Source: Negaprion brevirostris (lineage: Eukaryota). From it: a DNA stretch of 64,000 nucleotides. The position numbers and the translations under genes were made by a program. Below the pieces are notes generated by a model. That model was not told where the DNA came from and made no database searches. It was given only the letters and a program-made list of their open reading frames with translations. The DNA is taken from the NCBI GenBank assembly GCA_030324005.1, contig JARDVH010000150.1, positions 21,425,313-21,489,312 on the forward strand. The letters run 5' to 3'. This document shows, piece after piece, positions 51,751 to 63,273 of this stretch; position 1 is the first letter of the stretch, and each line of letters begins with the position of its first letter.

Positions 51751-53039
51751 TAACAGTGCTTTTTGGTGTGTTTTGTCTATGTATCATTTGAGGAGTTGAA
51801 ATTTCCATTGTCAATTAATGTAGCTGGCACTGTTGATGTCGAGATCGCTTTTGTATTACACTGATTGCCAAGGTGTTCATTGTATTTCTTTGTCCCTTCG
51901 ACAATTGGAAAGTTTCAGTATTTCTACTTACTTTCTGTGGGTAGTTTTTGGAGAATTGAATTTTTATGCCAAATGTACTACTAATTCTCTTTTGAGAATT
52001 TGGTAATTGAAAAATTCTCAATTGCGTTAAATTCAGACTAGTGAATAAAGATGCTTTCTTGGACAGTTCACAAGTAGAACAAAAAGCTCTCAAATTCTGC
52101 ATCATGTTGTTTTCATTTGGTGTCTCACTTTCAACTAATTATTTCCATGTATTTTGTTGAAACAAAATGTTAAAATAATCAACCCAAGTTAAATCTGGTG
52201 TCCAAGCTTGATTTATTTGACATATAAACTGTAATCTCTACTGTGGTATTTGACATGACCTTACTTGCTAAAATGAGTTGCACAAAAGTACAACTTTTCC
52301 TGCATCCTCTTAACAATCTGTCTGATGTTCACTACTCAGTAAATGTGGTCCCCCTGAGTCTGAAACTAATTGGTTCTTCCTTGAGACTTTTTCTGTAGCC
52401 TTAACTCTAGTTTTTGATTGTGTTTTTTACACATGTCCAGAATGTGCTTTGTGATATTGAAATATTCCTTTAAATTTTTGGTTTCTGAATTTGAAACAGT
52501 ACGCTATGCTAACATCGATCTCTTAACTGTTCCAGTGCTGCACTGCTCCTGCTGGTTATTACAGCATGAAATTTCCAAAAGCCCATAGATGAGAGTTGGG
52601 AGGGATTATATCAGTTTGAAGTGCTTTAAAGGATAGGCATTCTTTGGTTTTAATGCTAAACCTATTTCACTATAAAGTGAAAATATTGAACCCACATGTA
52701 AAGAATCAGTCACAGGTAGAATTACAGCACTCTCATTTAACAGCTGATTACTTCCAGATTATATGTAGTACTGTTTATGGGATAACACAATGGCCTGGAC
52801 TTTGCAGTGGCCAGAATTGACCAGGCTTGGACCCATTACCCTATTGAAATTAACAGAAACTTCAGGAATTTGTAAGTGCACACCAGTCGAAATCTGGATG
52901 ACACTCAGTGATTCTACACCCCTCCAAAGAGGGCACTGTTGAGGTACCTCTCACAATCGTGTACACGTACACAGGCACACCAGCCCTGGTTGCAATCGAT
53001 GGTTCACCTACGTATTGATAAGGACTTCCATTCTTATCG

Positions 53040-53361
53040 TAGAAACCCTATAGTACAGAAAAAGGTCATTTGGCCCATCGAGTCTGCACCGACCACAATC
53101 CCACCCAGGCCCCACCCCCCATTCCCTAAAAAATTGCCCACTAATACCGTTAAACTAAGCGTTTCANNNNNNNNNNNNNNNNNNNNNNNNNNNNNNNNNN
53201 NNNNNNNNNTGTGGGAGGAAACCGGAGCACCTGGAGGAAACCCATGCAGACACAAGGAGAATGTTTGTGTGGAGTTTGCACAGTGACCCAAGCCGGGAAT
53301 TGAACCTAGGTCCCTGGTGCTGTGAAGCAACGGTGCTAACCACTGTGCTACCATGCCGCCC
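53040..53361 (-). mobile_element. HE1-like V-SINE, near full length
   Basis: Reverse-complemented head gcggcatggtagcacagtggttagc..ggttcaattcc, core gtttcctccaggtgctccggtttcctcccac, tail tagggtttcta. Confidence 0.85.
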
Positions 53362-54542
53362 CTCCTGTTGGTGTTTCCCAAAAAAACCCTTGGGAAAATG
53401 TTACGCCTTGTTGAAAGAGGTATGGCTGGGTTTTTAACAGCATGCTTTCATGATTACTGCCAGAATGCTCAATTGCATCATGAAAAGCCAATTTTATATT
53501 CATGGAATGTCAGATTTTTCATCGTATTTTTTATAATCCATGTGTTTAAAATATTTTTAAATGTTTACTTATTTTAGTTCCTACCTTAATCCAATCATTT
53601 ATTTCATTATCTGAAAATTTAAATTAGAAGTAAAAGATACAGTGTTTTAGACTTCACTGTGACTGGATGTTTAAGCTACTGTCTGCTGCTAAAGAATTCA
53701 ACTGTTGTCAGGGAAAGGGGAAATCCATGTCACAAAGATGGCTAGATCTTTGTGGGAAGCTTTCTTTTGAGGTTAGCAGTGATGCTGCTGCATTGCAGCT
53801 GACCAAAAGATCTAGGCCATAATGTCAGGAGATTTCATTTGTTGGTTGTTACCTTGTAATGCATGTGGAGATGTATAAAGCTGGGTACTTGTTCTGGGTT
53901 GCAGTACTTGTGGGGCAATAGTTTTCGTAACATTGCATAATCAGGCATTTTTCTAAGGTGTTGAAAAACACTGATCACTCTTAAAATTTTGAGCAGTGGA
54001 TAATAGATGTAAATTAAAGACTATTCACAGGATCAGTATAACATTTAAGAATAGTATGTTGATCAGATTTTGCATCACTTGAAAGTAAGCTTCTGTGATG
54101 TCCTAACGTGGTGCAGGTTCTGATGCCCTGGTTTTAAAAATAAAACAATATGTCTGATCTAACTACTCCATCTGTTTGTAACTGTAGGCAGAAATGCATT
54201 TGTTTTTCCCTCCTTTTTAAAAGAAAATAACATTTTTAAAATGTCATTTAAACACAAGATGTTGCCCATCGTTAACTTTAAGTTTGCTTAGCAAAATTAA
54301 TTGCTACATTCTTGTTGCCACGTTTAGATATGCAAGTATTATTTGTGTATTGGGATATCCCGGTGTTTAAGAAATAAAAGACAATCCCTTTGTTTAATAA
54401 ATGCATGTTTCTGGGTAATTTTTTTAAGAATAAGAGTTTGGTGTGGTTTATCTGAGTTTCAGATGCATCTGTTATCTTAACATAAAATATTTACTGTATT
54501 TACCTGCTGGGTTTCCTGTTAATGTATCTATTCTGGTTTTAG

Positions 54543-54607
54543 CTAACAGAGGAAGCTCAGCTGGCAGCCCACAAACCTGTGATGCACTGGGAAAGGCTCT
54601 AGCCTCG
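54543..54607 (+). CDS. tcf3: TCF3 coding exon (~exon 12): (T)NRGSSAGSPQTCDALGKALAS
   Basis: ttttag| acceptor and TCG|gtaagc donor; 65 nt, phase 1 to 0. Confidence 0.96.
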
Positions 54608-54854
54608 GTAAGCTTGCATAATAAGTCATTTTAAAATAAGGATTTAATTCGCAGTCTTTAATTAACATGAACCCAGCTTATTGCCGGATTAGAATTATGT
54701 ACGCAGCCAAATTTAGAACGTTTGGAATGTTTATTGACAATGTTTCAGGTACCAGTGCTGAGTGAATTCCACTTCTAAAGACAAGTGTAATTAAGTGAAT
54801 AGTCTTTATATTAGAAAAGAATAACTTCATTTTGGGCCTCATCCTATTTTCCAG

Positions 54855-54933
54855 ATCTATTCACCAGATCACACCAGCAATAACTTCCATTCAAATCCTT
54901 CAACACCAGTTGGGTCCCCACAGGCAATTGCAG
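54855..54933 (+). CDS. tcf3: TCF3 coding exon (~exon 13): [26 protein letters not shown]
   Basis: ttttccag| acceptor and G|gtatgt donor; 79 nt, phase 0 to 1. Confidence 0.97.
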
Positions 54934-55139
54934 GTATGTATGCTTTGTTTTTCCCATGGTCTGAGATTCACACATTCATTTTCAGCAATGTTAAGGTTAG
55001 CACCTGTCCAAATTGTTGAGTTGTAAATATGTATATACTGTTGTTCCATTTATGTTTGAGCATCATGGTACTATTGCACCATCCAGTGTTCAAAATTAAA
55101 ATTGCAGTAATGATATAAAATGGAATATGTTTCTTCATT

Positions 55140-55520
55140 TATGAGAGGTGGGGTGCATTGGCAAGGCCACCATTTAATCTCCCTAATTGTCTGAGAAAAT
55201 GGTGAACCGCTGCAAACCATGTGGAGATAACACTCCCACGGTGCTGTTAGCGAGGGCTTTTGAGGATGTTTGACCTAAAACAGTGATGTTACCAAATCTG
55301 GATGGTGCATGAGGCTGTTCTTCTCCCTGGTAGAAATTGTAGGTTTAGAAAGTGCTCTCATAAAAGCCTTGGCTGTTGCTACAGCGCATCTTGTAGATGG
55401 AATGCCCTACAACCATTTGTGTGCTGTTGGTGGAAGGAGTGAATGTTTGAGGTGCTGGTTGGGAATACAATGTAGTGCAATCACTGAAAGTTCTAGGGTT
55501 TGGGAGTGGATCCAATGAGA
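55140..55520 (-). mobile_element. CR1/L2-clade LINE 3' end, degenerate
   Basis: Similar to 27110-27500. Confidence 0.55.
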
Positions 55521-55604
55521 ATTAATCAAACAGGATTTTTTTAAGATTGCTTAATTGACGTTGAATAAAATGCAGCTTCACTGGTTTTCATTGTCATTTT
55601 ATAG

Positions 55605-55678
55605 GTACAGGTCAGTGGTCTAGATCTGGAGCCCAAGGTGCATTATCGCCGAACTATGAAGGGACAGTACATAACCTG
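55605..55678 (+). CDS. tcf3: TCF3 coding exon (~exon 14): (G)TGQWSRSGAQGALSPNYEGTVHNL
   Basis: ttttatag| acceptor and CTG|gtagga donor; 74 nt, phase 1 to 0. Confidence 0.95.
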
Positions 55679-56099
55679 GTAGGATTTTCATACTTCCTTT
55701 GTATTTCAATTTGCAAATTATAATCTAGATAGCATCAATTTTAATTCCTTTCTATACCTTCACTAAAGACCCACGCAAAAGTAATTTTTGGGGGGGGAAA
55801 TAGTTTGGTACTTTTGTCAGCACTTGAGGCTTTTGTTCAGTCTAAGTTTTTAATTGAATTCCTGTTGACTGTGCACTGAGCAATAAAACAAATTTCTACA
55901 TCAATTTCTTTTGTGATAACTTGGTTTTGTGGCATGTATTATGCTGCAATTGTCACTTTTTCCATTTAACTCTCTTAGACATGAGAGCGCCATTGAAGTG
56001 GGTGGCCCATTGAGTTATTTGAGTGCTGTCGTTCAGTTAAATCAATGATTGGTGTACACCATTTATTTACCCACCTTTTGCACCACGTCCCGTGACACT

Positions 56100-57050
56100 C
56101 TTAATCTATTAGTCTAGAAAATGTTAATAGTATTTTGGGGAATTGTGTTCTAGATTTCCAATACTGTATGTGGAATACATGCTTCTCACTTTCAGACCCA
56201 AGTATCCTAGATCTAATTTTAAGATTGTGTGCCCTTGTTCTGGATTCCCCAGTGAAAATCGTATCTGTTCCATTGAATCCCAGTACAATTTTATACCCCT
56301 TCCCCTTCAAAATGATGTTAGTAAAACTGAAGCCATTCACTTAGGTTCCAGCCAGCAACCCAGAGGCGCTATGATGGGTTACCTGCGATCTCCCAAGCTA
56401 CTATCTCGTGTTTAGCAGTGCCCAGCTTGGCCCTGACCTGAGCTTCCTTCAATGCATGTTTCTATCATCTCCAAAATCTGTCCTATATTCAACCTTGCTT
56501 CTTTCTACTTTTGATGCACTTGCCCAAATTTTGTCACCTTATCGCTTGCTGCCTTAAATGCCCTCTTTGCTGGCCTCTTGCCTTTATCCTCCATAAACTG
56601 CAGTTTATCTCCAAGAATACAGTATCTTCTGCATCCTTTTCTTTCCAAACTCCACTAGCTTCCTATATTTGGTTGTTATCAGAACCTCGTGCTCAAAACT
56701 ATCCACTTCCAGGCTCCACCTTGCCTCTATAATGCCTGTTGTGTGGACCTTGGATGAATGATGTTTTGGCACTCAACTAATGTTTATTTTTCATTCTCTG
56801 TTTCTTCTACATCACACTGTTCCTTGAGCTGTATCTTCCCGCCTGTCCCAAAGAACTGCGCCTTAAAATTGCTCATCTTAACCACCACCTTTCCTGTTTT
56901 CATATGTTTTAAAACCTTTTTCTTTTGTGTGCTTTCACCATAGCCCCTGCACCTTTCTTGACATTTCATTTTCTGCTTGATGCCCACCATTTTATCAAAT
57001 ACTCAGACTTGCTGTACCTTTTCATGAGTGTAATGTGAAACAAGTTGTGT
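56100..57050. mobile_element. Adjacent decayed CR1 (minus, ~56100-56290) and L2 (plus, ~56300-57050) fragments
   Basis: Minus strand GESRTRAHNLKIR is a CR1 C-terminal motif; plus strand SKTEAIHLG is L2-like. Confidence 0.55.
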
Positions 57051-58770
57051 TAACCTCTTGTCACTTGACTATTCTGTGCTTTGTGATGTTGGCTAAAATG
57101 GATTGAAGGAAATCTAACGAGTAAATGGAACTCTGCTTCATGGAAGCCTGTTTTTACTGGTGATAGATCTTTGTTAATTCGGACCAGGTGGGATGGAGGG
57201 GTGGATTTAAGTTCTGTTATATTTATTGTCCCTTCTTTAATTCTTAAATAAGTTCACATTTTGCTACCTTGCTTTTAGGAGTTTCTATCTTGCAAAACCA
57301 ATTCATGTTAATAAAAGTTTTTATATGTTTGTGAAAGATGTCAACTCAGTAATATAAAACCTACTGGTGGGTACTTAATGTCTATCATGATTTTGTATTT
57401 GCTTTGAAGTGAAGGAAGTGGTTCCTCACATGAGGATCTTGCTTTTAAACAGCCTGAACTAAAAATTGTCAACAAGCCAAACATGATCTGTCTTGCCAGT
57501 GAACTTTCTGTAGTTAGGAAAGGAACACTACTTAATCCTATTTTCTTTGCTTCTGAAGGCACTTTTTTTTTGCTGGAATATAGGTCCACAGGTGCTAGCA
57601 GCCTTCTGGTGCCTACTTGGGTTTCTATTCTGTAATGCAAGTTTAGGTTTTTGTCTTGGCCTGGAGGCTGAGGTTGCTCCAGCTGAGACTGGATAGCTCA
57701 GCAGGAATCAAACTGGGGACCTTCAAACCTGTTTAGTTTTCACCTTGCCCAGCAGTGCTTTTTACTGAAAAGGAGTCGAAATTCTCTATTTGCCAGTTAA
57801 TGTCAGTAACTCTCCTGGCCATTATCCTGTTTCCATATTTCAGGCCCATGCTTTGGCATTCCCTCTTGTGTTCCTGTCAGATATGGGGCTAACAACCTGA
57901 CAGCTGCCCTGGGAGCACATTACCTGTATAATTCTGAATCACTTAAGTGCACTCAAAATACTTAGTTTTGCTTAAATGGCATTGTGATTTCACCCAATTG
58001 TTGGTATCTTTATCTCCTATGCTGTACATAAGGAAATGTAAAAGGATTATTGTGCTGAAGCTTCAAATATCATCCCAAGTTTCACGAGCAACATCATAGC
58101 CCTATTCACAAAATGCAATTCTGCAATCTGATGTGAAGTTCTCGTCATTATGGGTCCTTCAGCATGTTAAAGGAGTTTTTAAAGATTTATTTTTAATTGT
58201 TTGCCTTTGTCCCTCCTGAGGATAGCTGAGTGTTTTGTATTTCTAGAAATTTTAATCCGCAAATATAGTTCCATACAGTGACTGACACAACCAATTTAAC
58301 TTTGTGCCATATTCTACTGGATAAACTAACTTGGGAGCAGAGGAAGAAAATCTCAACTAATTTCTGCCCTCTTCTCCATGATCCCCAAAACTGGCATGAT
58401 TTCAAGGTGGAAATCCTAGTGACTGACCTGAGCAAAAGCATTGTTTTGCCTGTTTTTTAATGATCATTGGAACAATAGGAAGAACTTTTATTCATATAGC
58501 ATTTTTCACAACCTCAGAATCTCTCAAATCACTTTACAAATCAGTGAGGTACTCTTCAGATACAGCCGGCGCCCAGTTAGGAAACTTGTACATCAGTAGT
58601 AATGGAATGGTTACAAAATTCCTTAAATATTGCATTTCAATTAAGTGAAATATTTGATCACTTATCGTTGCCAAATTCTTTCCAAGTGTTGAAGTAAAAT
58701 TAAGCTGTGTTCTGCAATTGATGTTTTACTCAAAAAAAAAACTTTGAGCACTTACTTTCTTTCCAAGCAG

Positions 58771-58974
58771 CAGAGTAAAATGGAGGATCGACTAGACCGA
58801 CTGGACGATGCTATCCACGTGCTGCGAAGTCATGCTGTTGGGTCAGCAACTGCCATACCTGGTAGCCATGGTGACTTGCACGTATTAATAGGACCATCAC
58901 ACAATGGCCCAGTTGGAGGTATAGGCCCAGGATTTACACCCCCAGTGCTGATGTCAGCCAACAGGCATTCTATG
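58771..58974 (+). CDS. tcf3: TCF3 coding exon (~exon 15, AD2 loop-helix): [24 protein letters not shown]...MSANRHSM
   Basis: Tandem acceptor aag-cag-cag, so the start could be 58768, 58771 or 58774; ATG|gtgaga donor; 204 nt, phase 0 to 0. Confidence 0.96.
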
Positions 58975-59505
58975 GTGAGAGTTGTTGTAATAATGTTAAC
59001 ATTCACAATATCTATTCGAGGTGAGACTTTATAACCAATAGGACTTTAAGGTTAATTCTTTGTCCAAGTCATTCACTTTTTTAAAAAGTGCAAAAATTAG
59101 ATTAGTTCCACTTAAAGTTGTTTTATAGAACTGAGTATTTTCAGCAAAAATTCACCTGTTAACTTTTCTTTTGATCCTCCCTGACCCCCTACGTACAAGA
59201 AGAATCAACTTCCAAACAGGTGAATCGGGGAGAATATCCCTTAAAATATTTCTCCCCCCAAGACCCACTGAGCTGTTCCAGTGGCCTATCTCGCAGTGAA
59301 AGCCTTGTCCTTGGATTCTGTCTGTAGCGGTGTTCAGAAAGAAATGCTCTTGGTTGCTGCTTGATTTTCTAAATTTGGCAGTTAAATTGAAACCGTGAAA
59401 GATCTTGCAGATCGTTTTTGAAAGCAATTTCTTTGCTTCTGTTTTTAACTTTGTGTTGTCATTTAGGTTGAGACATGGAATAATTAGAACCACAGTCAAC
59501 TAGAG

Positions 59506-60159
59506 CAGTGGTTCCCAACCAGTGTGCTGAGAAATATGTTTTAATTCAAAATTCATGTAATTAAACTAACCTTCATCTTCAGCTGTGGTCGGTATCTCCA
59601 AGACCCAAAGAATCTTGGGCCTCTTGTGCACTTGCCAGCTGGGAAAGAGCTACACATTCATGGTTTAGAGTTTTTATGTTGATCAGGCCCATGCGCAGGA
59701 CTTGGAGCAGAAGGCAAAGGTCCTGCGTGCCCATACAAAAAGTGCAAACTCAAAAGGATGCAAAAACCCTGGGAGAAGTGAGAGTTTAAGAAGTTTCACA
59801 ACACCAGGTTAAAGTACAACAGGTTTATTTGGCAGCACAAGCTTTTTGGAATCTCGGGTTCCTTCTTCACCTGAACAAACCTGGAGGAGGAGCCTGAGAC
59901 TCAAAGCATGGGCTGTCAAATAAACCTGTTGGACTTTAACCTGGTGTTGAGAGACTTCTTACTGTGCTTACCCCAGTCCAATGCCGGTATCTCCACATCA
60001 GAAGTAAGAGAGACAGGGAGAGGTTAACAAATAGGCAAAAGGACAGGGAGAAGTTAAAAATGAAGTTCTCAGCAAGGTAAGAAGACAAAAGATAGGTGTT
60101 CCTCAAATATTTTACAGTATAGAGGTATGCTGTAACTTACAAAAGATTGAGAACCACTG
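59506..60159. mobile_element. Non-autonomous hAT/Charlie-type DNA transposon with a nested palindromic insert
   Basis: TIRs CAGTGGTTCCCAAC / GATTGAGAACCACTG; 8-bp TSD aactagag / gactagag (7 of 8 match). Confidence 0.8.
59787..60000. repeat. Palindromic Penelope terminal-repeat mini-element nested in the hAT element
   Basis: 50-bp arms at 59787-59836 and 59912-59961 (46 of 50 complementary); flanking direct repeat agaagtgagag / agaagtaagag. Confidence 0.8.
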
Positions 60160-60949
60160 GACTAGAGTTCCACCACCCATAGTAAATCATTGCTTGTGTT
60201 AACCTGTGCCAGAAGTCAAATTCAAATTTGCACAACCAGCAAATAAACAAGAAACATCCTGTAACTTCCTACAATGTGCAGTGTTCCAAATTCTCAAGGA
60301 AGGCATACTGTAAATATTTGACCCAAGCTAACCAGCTGAGTATTTGTGTAAATATAGAATCAGTGGCAACTGTAAAATATTTTATTCTGTTTGTTTTATT
60401 ACTTTTACTCCATTCTTAAAAGTTACAACGCCAAAGCATGGAGCAAACTGAGGAAGCCCTTAATCCGTGATCTTGTTTGCTCCAAAAACCAATTCAAATT
60501 GAATCCAATTCATGGTCCCCACAATAGAGACAGACAAGATCCAAGCCGACAGAAAAGGCAGTGCATCTCAGCTTGGGTTTGATTTGACCCTTGACTAGAC
60601 CAAAAGGCAAAGAAGTGCACGCCCATCAGTTGATCATGGTTCACGTCTTGTTTTTAGGATGACTGGTGATGAAACTAGATTCTTATCTATTAAGTGGGAC
60701 CAGTTTGTGTGGTGATCCAGTTAGGAAACTGGCTTACTTTAGATTAAATACACTAATCACTCATCTGAACATATTTCAATTATACATATTTATTACAGCT
60801 ACTGCTGCAGTTCGTTTAGCTGATTGCATCTAGTTGCACAAGATAAATACACCTTGCAGTTTTTCTTGACAGTATTTGGTTACAATGAGGGTTAAGGCCC
60901 TAATAAGGTTTTGGGTTACGTTTCAATTTAATTAACTCCTAAAATTAGA

Positions 60950-61270
60950 GACTTGCATTTGTATAACACCTTTCGTGAGCTTAATACATTACAGTCAGAT
61001 TCTTTTTTGGGTTTTAGTCTCTGTTATAAAGAGAATAGCAGCAAAGTTGCACAGTTTCCATAAACAGCAAATAAACAGATTATCTTTTTTAATTGGCATT
61101 GGTCAAAGGGTACATATTGGCCAGGATACAAGGAGAACGTGCCTGCTCTTTGAATAATGCCATGTGATCTTTTACTTTTAAGATGGCAGGTGCAACTTTG
61201 GATTAAGGTTTCATCTGAATAACAGCAGCACTGGTAATACAGCGCTCCCTCAGCACTGCATAATTTTTAC
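60950..61270 (-). mobile_element. Deu-domain SINE, degenerate
   Basis: acttgcatttgtataacaccttt..gcagcaaagttgcacag..atattggccaggataca..gcgctccctcagcactgca is the reverse complement of the 21560 family. Confidence 0.65.
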
Positions 61271-61406
61271 ATAGTTCTGCAGTGCTTTGTTAGATTCCAC
61301 AAGCCTGTTAACATTTCTTCTTGTATGAAGGTTTTCCTTTTAATGTCCTTTGCTCAACATTTCAGACAATGCAATACTTTATTCCTTAATCTCATTACTT
61401 TTGCAG

Positions 61407-61527
61407 GTTGGAGCTCATGAAGAAGGCTCAGGAATATCTAGTAACGCTAGTGTTCTGCCTAACCGTGCACTGCCATCACAGTCCACTGCACTGTCGGACT
61501 TGAACCGACCACAAGAAACCTATAGTG
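61407..61527 (+). CDS. tcf3: TCF3 coding exon (~exon 16): VGAHEEGSGISSNASVLPNRALPSQSTALSDLNRPQETYS
   Basis: ttttgcag| acceptor and G|gttagt donor; 121 nt, phase 0 to 1. Confidence 0.94.
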
Positions 61528-62580
61528 GTTAGTATGGGCACATCTTAATATAAAAGCTTGCATTGCTTCAAAGAAATAAGTACACAATGTAAATATCAAA
61601 TAATTTGTAAACTGGCAGGAGCCTCACTCTGATGCAAATTGAAGTTACGTTAATGAGTCATCATCTGGTGTTACTAAGCTGAGCTGTGCAGTTAGGGGGT
61701 GATGCAGAGATCAGTTGATTTAATACATGATGGTGGAGTCCCTATGGGCAGCATCCAGCTTTTGCACTAGTTATAGAGCAGCATTGGAGATCTGAAGAGG
61801 AGAATTCACATTTTATGCATTATGTCCTGCACTGAATGAAAACACAGTGCATGAATAGTTGGCTCAATACAGTTAAAAGGATACAGTAACAAAGATTGTT
61901 AGCCAAAGATATATCATTGTGATATCTTCCCAATCAAATTGTTCTGATATTTCGTAGAAAATAACAGCTTACTTGTAATTTTGTTGAATAAATTATTGAA
62001 GACAGCTGTATGGGATGGTCTTTTGATGAGCTTCAGATGATTTAACTCCTGCTTGAGAGGCATTTAATAGAAATGAAAGTGTAATAATGTTTTCTCTCTA
62101 CCCCTTCCTTCCCTAAATTTGCTTTGAAAGATGCGCTGAAAGCTTTCTCCTGGGATCTGGGGTAGCCATGGTGTTGGGTTTTCCTGTAGAAACAGACAGT
62201 ATAAAAAGCACCAGGGTGTGTAAATGAAGAAGAGCCTGGTTAAACAAAGACAGGCTTCATAAAGACATGTTTTTGGAAGAGCACAAAAGTCTTTGTAGAA
62301 TTGGTGGCACTTCTCCATTTATGCAACCTTGACTAATTAAACAGAATTGTCTTGTCCCACCAATTCTGCACTGGTGTATTTATGTAGCCACTTTGTGCTC
62401 AACTAGCTGCACTCTAACACTTGGCCATATATCTAACAGAGGATTCACAAGTAATTCTCTTTTTTAAATTGATATAATTTCATAAATTAGCTTGACTCTT
62501 TCAGCAAATCAAAAGAATGTACTAGTAATTTTTATTAAGATTACACAACTGTACTTGTGCAACCACGATACTTCGCATCA

Positions 62581-62760
62581 AAAATAGAAAATGCTGTGGA
62601 AAGAGAACAGAGCTAACACTGAGTCTGGGTGACCCTTCGTCAGACTCAAAACATTAGTTCTGTTCTCCCTCTGTAGATGCTCGTCAGGCCTACTGAGATT
62701 TTTCGGCATTTTCTGTTTTTGTTTCTGATTCCAGCATCCACTGTAATTTGCTTTTGCTTT
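62581..62760. repeat. Palindromic Penelope terminal-repeat mini-element
   Basis: Arms gagaacagagctaa..tgagtctg / cagactca..ttagttctgttctc; minus strand carries CTGACGAagggtc..gactc. Confidence 0.7.
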
Positions 62761-63110
62761 TTAATTTGCATGCTCTGTAAAAATTGTAGAATGCTAAAGT
62801 TCCTTGGTCATAACTGAAGTAAAAAGCTTCCAGGTTATGTTGATTATTTTATTTCCACTGAAATTTCCCATTTGTCAAATGGAACTTGTAAAATTAATTT
62901 CAAAGTTGAAATGCCTTTAAATGATGGACAGGAACCATTTTAGCTTTTAAGTTACTAAGTGGTCACACTTCTAAAGTTTGCCCAAATCGGAATCCATACC
63001 AAATGCTCTTTATAAATCAATTTATGACATGTACCCATTTCTCCTGTTGTTAAATTAGTAGTTAATCCCAACAGTATGACTTTCTTTTCATTTGTCGCAC
63101 CCTATCACAG

Positions 63111-63273
63111 GAATGACCGGTGGTCTGCAGAGATCAAGTGTTAGTCAGTCTAGCGCCGACATTAAACGAGAAGACAAGGAGGAGGATGAAAATCACAATT
63201 CCTCAGGTTCGGAAGACAAGTCAGAAGATGAGAGGAAAGATTCCAAAATGTCGTCACGGGCATCAAGAACAAG
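63111..63273 (+). CDS. tcf3: TCF3 coding exon (~exon 17, acidic pre-bHLH): (G)MTGGLQRSSVSQSSADIKREDKEEDENHNSSGSEDKSEDERKDSKMSSRASRT
   Basis: atcacag| acceptor and AG|gtactg donor; 163 nt, phase 1 to 2, as expected before the bHLH exon(s). Confidence 0.95.

Larger units (their letters stand above)
1568..63273 (+). other. tcf3: E-protein gene span (TCF3/E2A-like), partial: 14 internal coding exons, both ends outside the window
   Basis: The spliced translation has E-protein hallmarks ([44 protein letters not shown]). E2A-type residues: [53 protein letters not shown]...DLNRP..YSG, IKREDKE. No HEBAlt/TCF4-A type exon was found. Paralogue assignment is by recalled alignment and needs a tree. Confidence 0.85.

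Noticed and set aside
57409-57635. Open frame of about 75 codons within an intron
   Set aside because: No E-protein similarity and no convincing phase-0 splice sites; expected by chance.
55679-58770. TCF12-type 72-nt alternative exon (KNRVEQQ...SFLKDVCE)
   Set aside because: Only a weak MFVKDV resemblance near 57325, in the wrong phase for the nearby acceptor.
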